Assembly (NCBI GenBank): GCA_000934665.2 | Contig: KZ538871.1 | Location: forward strand, 1 to 43,242 | From: Catajapyx aquilonaris | Taxonomy: Eukaryota | Reading direction: 5' to 3' | Length of the DNA: 43,242 nucleotides | In this document: positions 24,780 to 35,500 of the stretch, one piece after another | Numbering within the stretch: the first letter of the stretch is position 1 | Layout of the letters: each line of letters opens with the position of its first letter | The notes under the pieces: model-generated | The model's database searches: none | What the model was told of the DNA's origin: nothing | What the model saw: the letters and a program-made list of their open reading frames with translations, nothing else | Program-made: the position numbers and the translations under genes

Positions 24780-25384
24780 CCAAACCCAGATCCGTGAGAG
24801 AGAGAGAGAGAAAAAAAAAACCCTTCGCCAACGTCATTTCGAGGCCATTGTTGACAGCTGTTGACTGTAAGTAGTTGTCTGGGAATGGGTGCCCCGCACC
24901 ACCAAAAAGTGGTTCCGGGAGGCCTGGACAGGTTTGACATACTGATAATGCCAGTGCATTCGGCTCCAGCAGGGCTTTATCAATAACGTGTGCCTATCTG
25001 CCGACCTGCATGGGCCCTGTATTTGTGACAAAAAAATAAAGTGTAAAGCCTTTCCGAACGCCCATCGTAGATCACAATGGAAGGCCCCGAAAGTGGGATT
25101 TGCAATGGAACCTTGTGGGCCTTCGAAATTTAAAATTGGAATATACCAGTTTCACCTGAGGTGGACATTGATTGTTCTTCCCCCGATGCAGTGGCCTCGC
25201 AGAGGAGGTTTACAGGTATGTGGCATATACCAAACACAGAAAGGGCTAAGTGAGAGTCTATACACTGCAAAAGGTCTTTGCGCTGTAGCGTATATCACGC
25301 CAAAAGTTTCCTGCGACGCCCCTGCTCATATGCTGAGCATCTGCCGAAAATGAGCTTGTAACTAATGAATTGTTTTCATTTCAG

Positions 25385-25450
25385 CTCCTGGGAATAATAT
25401 TCTCCTGCTGCCTGGCTCGTGCCATCAAGCGGGAATACGAAAGTGTTTAA
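25385..25450 (+). CDS. CD63: CD63 tetraspanin (paralog B), exon 5 (last)
   Basis: ttttcatttcag acceptor; LLGIIFSCCLARAIKREYESV* with terminal YXX-hydrophobic sorting motif. Confidence 0.95.
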   Translation, partial: LLGIIFSCCLARAIKREYESV

Positions 25451-26402
25451 GTAGGAGGCATGCTGCACAAAAATTGTTGGGTAAAAACTTGGAATATGTT
25501 GCCAATTTTGAATTCCACCCCCAACCCCCTGCTCCCCTGCCCCCCGCCCCGTTTCCCTGCCATCCCATCTTTATATGGACTGAAGTTGCACAAAGTAATA
25601 TAATGCCATTCATACTTTTCCCCATCCCTACATCAAGGAGAGTTATTTGTATGTTGTGCCTTTAAATGGATGTCAAGATTATGGCTTAAGTTGTTTGCAG
25701 GAATGGTTTTGCCAAATTTTTTTTCTATGACCAAGTGCAATCTAATGGCTTTTGTACTGTATCATTCTGATTGAGTATTTACTTTGTCTTGATTCCATTT
25801 GAGTATTGGAGATTTCATAATGGTGATGGTTAATTTTGCCATACTTGTCCTCAATCATGAACAAGAAAAAAGAAATTTTGGCCAATTTGATGCTGTGCCA
25901 ATGACAGGGTGTTTTTTTAAAATCAATGTGTACATAACAATCAGTAAATAAGTAGGCATCATTTAGGGTTATTAATATTCAGAAGTGAGTGCTTTTTTTT
26001 TCTTTTAATGGGTGCCTGTTCATACTTCTAAATTTGCCTTCATAGCCACAATTTGACACATGCTGTACTGCGAAGCTCTTGATTTTGCATGTGCTATGGT
26101 GGAGGGAAAGAAAATCTGGTGCAGTTGTTTCAGCAAAAATAGCATTCAATAGTGGAACTTTTTTCCCCTTAGTAAATTACAGCCTCTCTTCACTTTGCCA
26201 CTCTGCACACATTCCTATCGCAAGTAGACTTGTTGAATAAGCAGTACAAGTTTGTTACCTGATTGTTAAAGTTGGATATAATACGAGAGAAAAAAAGAAA
26301 TGCCTTTATTACACTGGAGGATTTGTGAGCCCAGGTTTTCAACATGCAATTTGTCTGGTCCTTCGTGAGTGGATGTAAAATAAGAAACTTGTCTGATATC
26401 AA

Positions 26403-26408
26403 AATAAA
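26403..26408 (+). terminator. Candidate polyadenylation signal of CD63
   Basis: AATAAA about 950 nt after the stop, followed by GT-rich sequence. Confidence 0.5.
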
Positions 26409-27357
26409 GCGATCCCTTTATATACATGGTGGTTTGTAATGGTCTTATTTCTGAAATTTGTGAGAGGGTATTTTCCTAAAATAACTAGTGGTTGAGCAGC
26501 TAATTTCCATGACGATACATCATTCCCATTGATTTACAAGTGTCTTCGATGGACATTTTTGTGAAAAATGGAATTATCAGCATCAGAGGTTCAGAATCAA
26601 ATATACACCTAGTGTATAAATAGCTTTGTGATTTTCAGTTATTATGACAAGTGATTTATGTCCTGGAGTATCTGTGGCTACTGATGGTTATGGTATGGTT
26701 GCACCCTTTCAGATACATTAAGAATCTTACTAATGGAATCGGGTGGCACTGGTTCTCTTACTAGTTGATTTTTTTGTACAAATTTGGCAAATTTTGTCAT
26801 GAAAATGTATTGCATGTATGTAATATGTGACTTGATAAGCAGGTGGTTCTGACCTAGATTAAAATTTCAAATACAATATTCATGATGTCCTGTATGGTGT
26901 TGGTGTAGAAGTAATATCAAGAGCTAATAACTTATTATTAGCTCTTGGTAATATCAAGACAGCCCTTGCCTTTGGTGTGCCCTATGTCACATGTTCATTT
27001 GACAGAGCTGGCCTTGTTGTAAGCATTTGTCAGCGCTTCCAATATGCAGATCAATTTCCTCACTGTCATGCAGTTAGGATTCGTGAAATCACCCTGGGAG
27101 GTACACTACAGTATGCATTAGGTAGGCTATGCAGTATTTTGTTTTGTGTAGACCTGACATAAAGCAAGATGTGTACGCGCCTTGACGTGCATATCGGTAG
27201 GCCTATCGGTACAAGTGGTGTCAGGCTTTCTAACACTGTGACATAATAGCACTACACTATCAGGCAAAGGAGTAGACTTCACACAGAGCGGCAAGTATCC
27301 AAAGTAGTTCACATTGATGTCGATAAGTGGGGTTGCGTACGTGCCTTGCCTGTGGCC

Positions 27358-27413
27358 ATGACGTGACTCAAGATGGCGCATGCTCCAATTTCCATCCGGA
27401 CCAAAAATGGCGG
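27358..27413 (+). promoter_or_regulatory. Putative promoter of the zinc-finger gene
   Basis: YY1-like CAAGATGGCG (27369) and AAAATGGCGG (27404) plus TGACGTGACTCA; probable 5'UTR intron 27568-27670. Confidence 0.45.
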
Positions 27414-27678
27414 TTTAAAGGGCCCAAAAAAGTGACACAGTAAAGAAGAAGGCCTGGGAAGGACCAGATTGTGCGTCCGTTCGGGTCACCATCCGCTCGG
27501 ACGCGACCTCTGGACCCTCTGCAGGGCGGACGGAAGGGCGATTCGACCCAGGGGCGGGCTCGGAGAGGTAGGGCCGATATCGAATCCCCCATCACACATC
27601 CTCGTAGTTGCTTACATTGCGTTTCACCCAAAGGTCAGTGCTGGCTTGTGTGGCTGTGTCCCACTTGCAGGCCACACC

Positions 27679-27945
27679 ATGAGCGAACCCATCCAGATGA
27701 ACCTGGAGCTGGTGCCCAAGGAGGAGGTGGAAGACGACGAGGACGTAGGGACCCCCATCCTGGACCTGAGGGAAGTTCACCTCATCGCTCCGGACGCACC
27801 CACCACCACCATTGACCACTCTCAGGTTGGGCTCTTCCAGGACCAACTCTACGTACTCAAGGTTGAGGAGATGCCTTCTGTTCTGCAGCAGGTCAAGACC
27901 ACGGAGGGAGACGCAAATGCACATCTCGCCCAGCACCAGCCGCAG
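27679..27945 (+). CDS. C2H2 zinc-finger protein, first coding exon (acidic N-terminus)
   Basis: accATG just after a ttgcag acceptor at 27670; MSEPIQMNLELVPKEEVEDDED...QHQPQ; donor CAG|GTCTGG in phase 0 with the finger exon; donor choice uncertain. Confidence 0.72.
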
Positions 27946-28460
27946 GTCTGGCCGACAGGGATCAATCTTAGAGTTAGTTCTATGGCTGGGAAGGGCAGAG
28001 ATAGGAACTGGGGTGGGCACCAATGCATTTAGTTGTAGATTATTACATTCCAGTGCAGGTGTGGATTTAATGCAACACCAGATTCTTCTGCCATGCTCAC
28101 TGCCATGCATGTTAGGGGCTAACTACTAAGCCATGTCTAATTAGCATGAGATGGACATGGTGGTTAAGTTGTGAAGGATTAAGGTCGATTGTACTGAAGC
28201 CTGCACAGTTGTAAAGAGGCCGTATTTGTTGTATTTTGTTGGACATGGATTGTGAGTGGAATATAATGCACAGGACTTGCATCCACAATGCAAAAATTTT
28301 CGGGGTCATCACTTGGAAAGTAACATACTTATTGACCTTCTAATGTAGAGCTGCAACTTGGGTGCACTTTTAAAATAAATTTTTAATCCAAGTAAATTGT
28401 TTATCAAGCAGTAATAAATTATGCACTCACTCCTGGTTGTGTATTTGCATGGAAAGAGTA

Positions 28461-28726
28461 GGCCTTACTGGTGTGTGGGAGGCGGAAGGGTGAGTGGTGG
28501 CAGAGGGCAGCTTGGCTGTGTCGCAAAGGCAAGGATGCAAGGACTGATTTTTTGGATTTTGGAAGGGGTATGCTGTACCAACCTAACCTAACCAAGCCTA
28601 ACCTTCCTTCCTTGCGGAAGACCTATCTTCAGCGGATACACACCTATCCTTTATCCTTGCCTTTGCGACACAGCCCTCTGCCCCCACCAACTACTACCCT
28701 CCTGCCTTCTGCATGCCAGTAAGGCC
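28461..28726. mobile_element. Foldback MITE with central (AACCT)n tract
   Basis: GGCCTTACTGG/CCAGTAAGGCC ends; ggctgtgtcgcaaaggcaaggat pairs with atccttgcctttgcgacacagcc; AACCT repeats at 28580-28604. Confidence 0.75.
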
Positions 28727-29023
28727 AACGCTGGCAACGCAATCATTTGCATAATTTCTCGTAACCTTTCATTTGATTTTGCAAGTGTATGTAAGGCATG
28801 CTTGTGTGTGGGCTGCAGCATGTAGGTCAGGAAGGTAACAGGCTGACTTCACCTGGCAGTGACAGTAGCCTTCAAAATGAGCTGTATATTGCAGCATCTG
28901 GAAGAATGTTGGTGCACCTACGATGTATTTCATGTATATCTGTAGTGAGATTGTTTTCAGTTTCGTACACCAAGTTGACCAAATCCCTTTCTGTTAAATT
29001 AATCCTTTCCTTTCTTTTAATAG

Positions 29024-29824
29024 GAGGTGATAATTAAGACCCAGGTGAAAGAGAATGGTGACAAGCGGTTCCTGTGCAACTTCTGCACCAAGGATTTCAA
29101 GCAGTCTCACCACTTACGGAGACACATCCTCACCCATACAGGAGAAAAACCTTACTGTTGTGAGGTGTGCTCCAAGACATTCACACGCAAGGATAAGCTT
29201 CAAGGACACCTGGCGACACACTCAACAACTATGACAAATCCTGACAAGCCTCGCAGTTGCGACCAATGCAAGGTAGATCTGGGACCTGGCGGGGAGGACT
29301 TTGAGACACACATGAAGACACACCATGGTGGCGCAACTCCTGCTCCTGTTCCAGACAAGAAGCCACACGTGTGCGAGTTTTGCGAGCGGCGTTTTGCCAC
29401 CAAGGCTAGCCTCCAGGTGCACTTCTTCCAGACACATGTGGGAAAGAAGAGCCTGGTGTGCCACTACTGTAACTGGAGCTTCAGCGACCGCAAATCCCTC
29501 CAGGAGCATCTTCGCACGCATATCGTGGCTAAGCCACGCAAATGCGAAGGTGGCAGTGGGGAGAGTGGAGGTTCAGCAAAAAGCACAATCCAAGCAGACT
29601 TACTGAAGACGCACATGACCAAGCTTGGTGGGGCAGAGAAGCCCTTCTCATGCAACCTCTGCCAGAGGTGCTTCAAACAGAGCTATCATCTGAAGAGGCA
29701 CCTGCTGACTCACACTGGGGAGAAGCCCTACCAGTGTGAAGTGTGTGAGAAGACCTTCACGAGGAAGGAGATTTTGCAGAAGCATCAGGCCACACATGGA
29801 GAGGTTGAGTGTTCAAAGGCATAG
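29024..29824 (+). CDS. C2H2 zinc-finger protein, finger exon (6 canonical, 1 atypical, 1 degenerate finger)
   Basis: Long polypyrimidine tract plus TAG acceptor; repeated CxxC-x12-HxxxH with two TGEKP linkers; TAG stop. Confidence 0.93.
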   Translation, partial: EVIIKTQVKENGDKRFLCNFCTKDFKQSHHLRRHILTHTGEKPYCCEVCSKTFTRKDKLQGHLATHSTTMTNPDKPRSCDQCKVDLGPGGEDFETHMKTHHGGATPAPVPDKKPHVCEFCERRFATKASLQVHFFQTHVGKKSLVCHYCNWSFSDRKSLQEHLRTHIVAKPRKCEGGSGESGGSAKSTIQADLLKTHMTKLGGAEKPFSCNLCQRCFKQSYHLKRHLLTHTGEKPYQCEVCEKTFTRKEILQKHQATHGEVECSKA

Positions 29825-30226
29825 ATAGCAGGGGAATGGAAGGAGTCACTATTGAATTCTATATGCAGGGTTGTATGAAAGGGCCAAATCCTGTACATAG
29901 TTGATATGTTGTTACTACCCAGTGATGTTGGCTTTGTCACCTGTTTAAGAGGGAGTTAGAGAACGACATAGAAATTAAGAGCAAGTCGGGGAAGACAGCC
30001 TTATGGCTAATGTCAATTGTAACAAGTTGACAAAAAATTGAAAGTCATTTCACATTACTGGCTTGTTACATTCATAATTATGGAGTAAATTGAAGAATTC
30101 AAAGATGCATGGCATTCTGATGAATTCTTTTTGTACTGTTAACTGTCACTCACAGTCAGTTAAACTACCAGGCATGTATGAGGCATTTCTTCTGCTTTTA
30201 TTACAATTCAGCTACCAGAATGTGGA

Positions 30227-30594
30227 TTTTTTAAATTTTTTATTTGTTAATTTTTTATTTTTAAATTTACCCCGTGATACAACTACTTGGTTGTTATAGG
30301 GGGGTGGCAGACCACCATACAGTTTTCTGATTTTACTTCGAACTCCGGTGAAAGGATTACTAGGAAATAGAGTAAGGGTTGGGGGTTTTGGGGAGGGGAC
30401 ACATGCGCAGGTGCATTGTCCAGCGGTGGGCCAGGTGCAGTCCCCCAGGAGGTCAGGTTGCCAAGACGCCTCCTTAAGCGCGGGTCACAACCCAATGACG
30501 CAAGCGAAAGGTTTGCTCCCGGGTGGGGATTTGAACCCGGGACCTTTCACATAGCAAGCCGAGACGTTACCATCTCGGCCACCGTGCCTCCCCC
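30227..30594 (-). mobile_element. tRNA-derived SINE with A-rich tail
   Basis: TSD AGAATGTGGA (30217-30226, 30597-30606); A box TGGCCGAGATGG and B box GGTTCAAATCC on minus strand. Confidence 0.88.
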
Positions 30595-31515
30595 ATAGAA
30601 TGTGGAATTACAGAAGTGATTTGGTAATGCACTATACCAGTGGTTTCCAACCTGTGGGCCCCAAGCATTAAATTTTTTTTGTAAACTATAAATGATCTTG
30701 CAAAATGGACTATACGAATCAAGTTGTGGAAAATACCTCATTTTCTTGACCATAAGTCACTGATATGTCCAAATTGCAGTTAACAGTATCATAATAGCAG
30801 TCACTTGACATTTATCTCCTAGTGTGGGAAGTGTTCGTTACTCAGTATTTTCCTTTTGATTAATATATGGCATAAACTATCTCACTGAAATGTATCCCAT
30901 GCATTCCCCACACTTTCTAAAGTCATTCCAGATCACTTTGTCATGTTGTACAGTACCCATGCCTTATTAGGCCCAAGTGGAATATTAGCGGAGAGAATAA
31001 CAACACACACACACACATTTCATCTTGCATCTTGGACACGCTTGTAGAGAATACGGTACAAGTAGACGATTTTGGTGGTGCTATCAATTGTTTTTGGTCT
31101 TCATTAGAGGCAACATACGCGGTAGTGTTTTGTGCATGTCCAATCCCGAGGATGAAGTTGGAGATGGCAGGCCCTCCCATGCGGCATGGTTCTCTGGCAG
31201 TCCCCCACCATTATGGTATCAAATATACAGTAATAAATACACGAATACACTCAAAGCAGCTAACTCGGCCCAAAAAGAGTCAATAACTTTGAATCGGATA
31301 CAGAAAGGTCAGAGAAGTCCCACAGGGTCTCCAACTGTACACTCAGGGCTGTACAGTGTATGTGAGGTATTTTATGTAGAAACTTACAGACAGTAAATAA
31401 TAATTAAACTTCACAAAGTGGCAGCATTTTGACATTACGACCATAAAGTGAAGCTTACATAAAAATCATTCATACATCAGAAGTCATCGAGTTTCACTTG
31501 GCTGCAAGTAATGTT

Positions 31516-31804
31516 CAGAGTTGGACATTAAACGCATCGTACTGCTAGCAACATTTTTCGCGGCGGTAAAGGAGCGCATCACAGTTATGAAGTGGGGGGC
31601 GTGTGAGTAAGAAGTGGTAGACCTGCTTGTGATGTCACAGGCTACGTGCAATAGTTCAAAACAAGTTGGAGGGAGCGGGTGACGTTACAAGCAGGGTCTA
31701 TCACTTCTTACTCACATGGCTCCCACTGCATAACTGCGATGCGTTCCTCTGCCGCCGCGAAATATGTCGCTAGCAGTACGGTACGATTAATGTCCAATAC
31801 TCTA
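31516..31804. mobile_element. Palindromic foldback MITE
   Basis: About 120-bp arms, e.g. ttggacattaa/ttaatgtccaa and tgtgagtaagaagtg/cacttcttactcaca. Confidence 0.8.
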
Positions 31805-34599
31805 CTAATACTCAAAGGCACTGTTTAAACTTGTATTAAGTGTTGGGCATGATGTAACAGAAGAGGAATTATGCACAATCTTGGAATATCATTTGCCACA
31901 AACTGCATGCTTATGTGTATTTTGAGCAGGTACAGGTTTAGATTAGGCTTGCTACAGTCTTGTAGTAATGATTTTTGGAATGAATTCAATTATCGACTTG
32001 GGAAGAAGCCAAACATAAATTATGACGACTGTCCGGCATCCAAATATTCTCCATTGGCTCTACTGTGACACTGTTAAAATGATAGAGTGTAACATAAATG
32101 CCTGCAAGATTCATTGTACTTGAGAATGCTTAACATATTTCACGTGTTTATAAAAACTGTTTACTGATTTTCGTGAATGCCACTTACTGGTAACTGAAGT
32201 TCAATATAGATAGCAATGCACTGCATTTTGTGTATGTTGGGATAAGTAATTATGTAATGGCCTTAAATTATTGTTCCCACAAAGAAATGTGTTGGTGTAG
32301 CAGAGTTGGCTTTCCTACATAAATGATTCAGAACAAGTTTGACCATTGCCAGTCAATGCCACCCTCAGGATATTTTGCACAAAGGTTGAAGTGGAACCAC
32401 CTGAAATTGTGCAAAGGCTCATAATTATATATTATTATGACATAACCAGGTATTTCTTGGTATTGCCAATTTGTTTAGATCTCTGTACAGTTAAAATTGC
32501 TGCATGAAACGTCATGACTTTGCCATAGCTGACAGTTACCATTGTTACTTGAATCATAATTATGCTAATGTGCAAAGAATTGCCAAGAATGCAAGCAATT
32601 TGGTGTTTGGCCCTTTCTATAATCTGGTGTTATACAATTGTAGTTATATAGGTGTTTCTTCAGGTGTTCAATCTTCGGACCTGGAAGTTAACAATATTAC
32701 TGAGCTGTAACAGCTGATAATGTGACTTTTTTTTAATGCACCACTGTCTCACAATCTTGTGTTATTTTCGAAGTGGGTTTTAACATGTTTCATTGGTGGA
32801 AGGAGAGAAGAAATTTAACATGTTAGTTTGTTAGCTGTGAGTAGATGTTGCTGAGAGCTAATGATGTGCCAGAGGTAATGCGGTTCAACTTAAAATTTCT
32901 TTTTGGATGTAATCACTTTATGAATGACACATTAAATCGTTTGAGGTGTCCCTAAATATGTGGTTAATCTTATTATACTCCATTTAAGCTGGTTGATTTA
33001 TTTACGTCAACACACTTCTAGGACTTATTTTGTGACCAGGTCATGTTTCCAAAAGTAGGGGTGGATGATGGAAGCTGTTTGTTGTCATCTCATACCCAGG
33101 TAACCATTTTAATGCATGATTTATTTCAGTGTTTCTGGCATGCCCCTTAAATCGCTATATATGGAGGCTGTATAGTTATCTTTTGCTTGTTGGAGATCCA
33201 ATCATTCCCCCAGGTGTAGGAAATTCTATGGTACGTTGTGCTTGGGGGCAGACTCACAAATAGTATGATCTTGAACTAAAGCTAAAGTTAATAGCATTGC
33301 CTGAGACAGTATGTGTGACATTAACTTGTTATGGTGAAAACAACTTTATCCAAGTTATTATAATAATGATAATGAAAAAGACAGTGTTGGCCACTACTCT
33401 TGATCTGCACACCTATTATGATGGTTACTAATGCATGATTGAGCAATGGAGGCAACATGTGATTATATGACACACAAAATGTACACCTGATTACATGAGT
33501 GGCCAATCACTTAGAAAAAATGTGAAACTGTGCATTTGGGAGTTATTAAGGAATGTGAGAAAAAAGGGGGCGCTTCTCTCTGACCTCGCTAAAAACAAGA
33601 ATCCATGATGTGCAAAGCATCATATATGAAGGGAGTGATTGCAGAAGTTTGTGAAAAAACGTTAATTCTGTTGAGCTTGAATCAGGTTCACACCTTGAAG
33701 AATATTAATATTGCATTGTATTTGAAGTACATTTACTTTCAATGCATGCAACTCTATTAAAAATTAGTTCTTCAGCATGGATGTAAGTTGTAAATGAAGT
33801 TATATGCCATATCTGTAATGAAATGGCACTAGGTCCAGTTGGAAATAAATACGAGTAGAGAGTCATTTTAATTAGAGTGTCTCACACTACATAGCTATAA
33901 TGTGATTTTATTTCTTTTGGATGGTAGAGTGCACATCACAAACTGCATTGTGAGAGTATACACTTGCTCAGTGGACTTCTCCATAGACTAGGTACAGGGT
34001 GTAGAATATTGCCATCTTTCGTTGAACCAGGTATACGTATGCTCTCCTCAGGGCAGTGAAGTGAAGGTCTATAATGTAATGAAATAGTGAAACCCGTAGA
34101 ATTGTCCTGATCCGCGATTATTTTTGGTAATATACAAATCTCTGTTCAGTCTCTAAGTTGGCTTCCCCATGTCTGAAAGGTTTACAAATGTCTAATATGT
34201 GGGATTTGTTTCGAACTTTTTGCCAGTAGGATTAAAACCATTTGTTACGTGCCATTTTGCACTACTTTTCAATATGCTTTACAGTGGGTACAAAAAGGGG
34301 CAGGCCTTGCCCTTGGGCACCAGTTATGCAAACAACAGAAGTACCCCGCCTTACAGATCACTATGTGTTTATCAGATCTCATTGCGGCAACATTTCTTAT
34401 CACCCATGGCGTAAATCCATGGCCAAGTTACACGCTGCAACATACCTCCACCGTTACAAAGGCCATTGAATTTCAAATTTTGTCATTTTTTTAAAACTGG
34501 GGACTTGAGACAGGAGGCAACTTGGGTCATTTTAAATATGTTGGGTCATTTTAAATAAAATGTTTCAAGTTTATTCAGGACGTGGCTCCCAGCATGTGC

Positions 34600-35500
34600 T
34601 GCCCCCCTCCCTCGCCCTTACAGTTGTAATTGGCGCCATGACAGTGTAGCCAACCCGCACTGATATTCGCCTCTCTGCCACCCGAGTGCGCCACCGCTGC
34701 CTCTCCCTCTCCCTCCCCTCCCTGCCCCCTCCGCGCCGGTTCCCCCCCCCCTCCCCCCCGCTCCATTCTTTTTCTCGTGCTCTCTCTCTCTCTCNGGCGG
34801 CCCGCCTCTCCGCGCGGGTCTTGGAGCCGGCGACCCCCTGCTCGCGGCCATCTTGGGCTTCCGACCCCTCCTCGCATCGGGAGCCAGCCAGCCCTTGGAG
34901 CGGCCCCTGAGCCCCACAGGAAGGACCAGCAAGAGTTCAGAAGCACACACACACATCCCCACCAGCCCCCACTTCCCTTCCCTCCTGCGCCCCATCCTCC
35001 CCGGCACCCCCCTCTCCTCCCTGCCCTGCCTTTTGCCTCTCTCTCTCTCTCTCTCCTCTCTTCTTCCTTTTTTTCTTTTTCTTTTTCTTTTTTTTTCTTT
35101 CGGCAACCCGGGGGAAGGTGAGGAGGCGACGGAAAAGCAAGCAGGCGAAGAAGGCAGAGCTGGGCTCGCCCTCCCTCCGTCCCTCCGCACCCTTCTTCCT
35201 TCCCCCGCCGCCTCCCGCACCATACGCGCCGCCGGACTGGTCACACTCTGCCTGCTGCTGCACAACTGCACGCGTACGTATGCCGGTTCCACATCGGTGG
35301 GGGGTGAGAGAGAGGGGTTGGGGGGAGCGGAGAGTAGGGGAGGCTCAGGTGGGGTGCTGAAGGAAGAGGTGGGGAAGAGAGAAGTTGTAGTAGTGGGGGC
35401 AGACGCAACATCTGCTGCCTCGGGGCCGGAGCTGGGCTGCCCGCCGCCTGCACGGGGCCAGGGAAGGGACGGAGGAAAGGGCTGTGGGGCTGGGGCAGAA
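34600..35500. promoter_or_regulatory. CpG-rich promoter and probable non-coding first exon of CK2-alpha
   Basis: Sharp GC/CpG rise; YY1-like GCGGCCATCTTG 34844-34855; donor AAG|GTGAGG at 35118; acceptor cctcag at 36896 upstream of the ATG. Confidence 0.6.

Larger units (their letters stand above)
23264..25067. mobile_element. mariner-derived foldback made of two inverted transposase 3' ends, with nested insertions
   Basis: 23291-23477 plus 24654-24704 are the reverse complement of 24823-25058; right end GAACGCCCATCG|TA; arms encode decayed mariner C-terminus. Confidence 0.85.

Noticed and set aside
27592..28110. 172 aa minus-strand ORF
   Set aside because: Antisense shadow of the zinc-finger first coding exon
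32324..32428. Minus-strand C/D snoRNA candidate
   Set aside because: Mismatched C box (ATTATGA), weak terminal stem, no recognisable rRNA complement
34275..34397. Plus-strand two-hairpin segment with ANANNA and ACA (H/ACA-like)
   Set aside because: Stem-to-box spacing of about 8-10 nt is shorter than the canonical 14-16, and there is no plus-strand host intron
34522..34557. Duplicated TTGGGTCATTTTAAATA
   Set aside because: Simple 19-bp-period local duplication with no evidence of function
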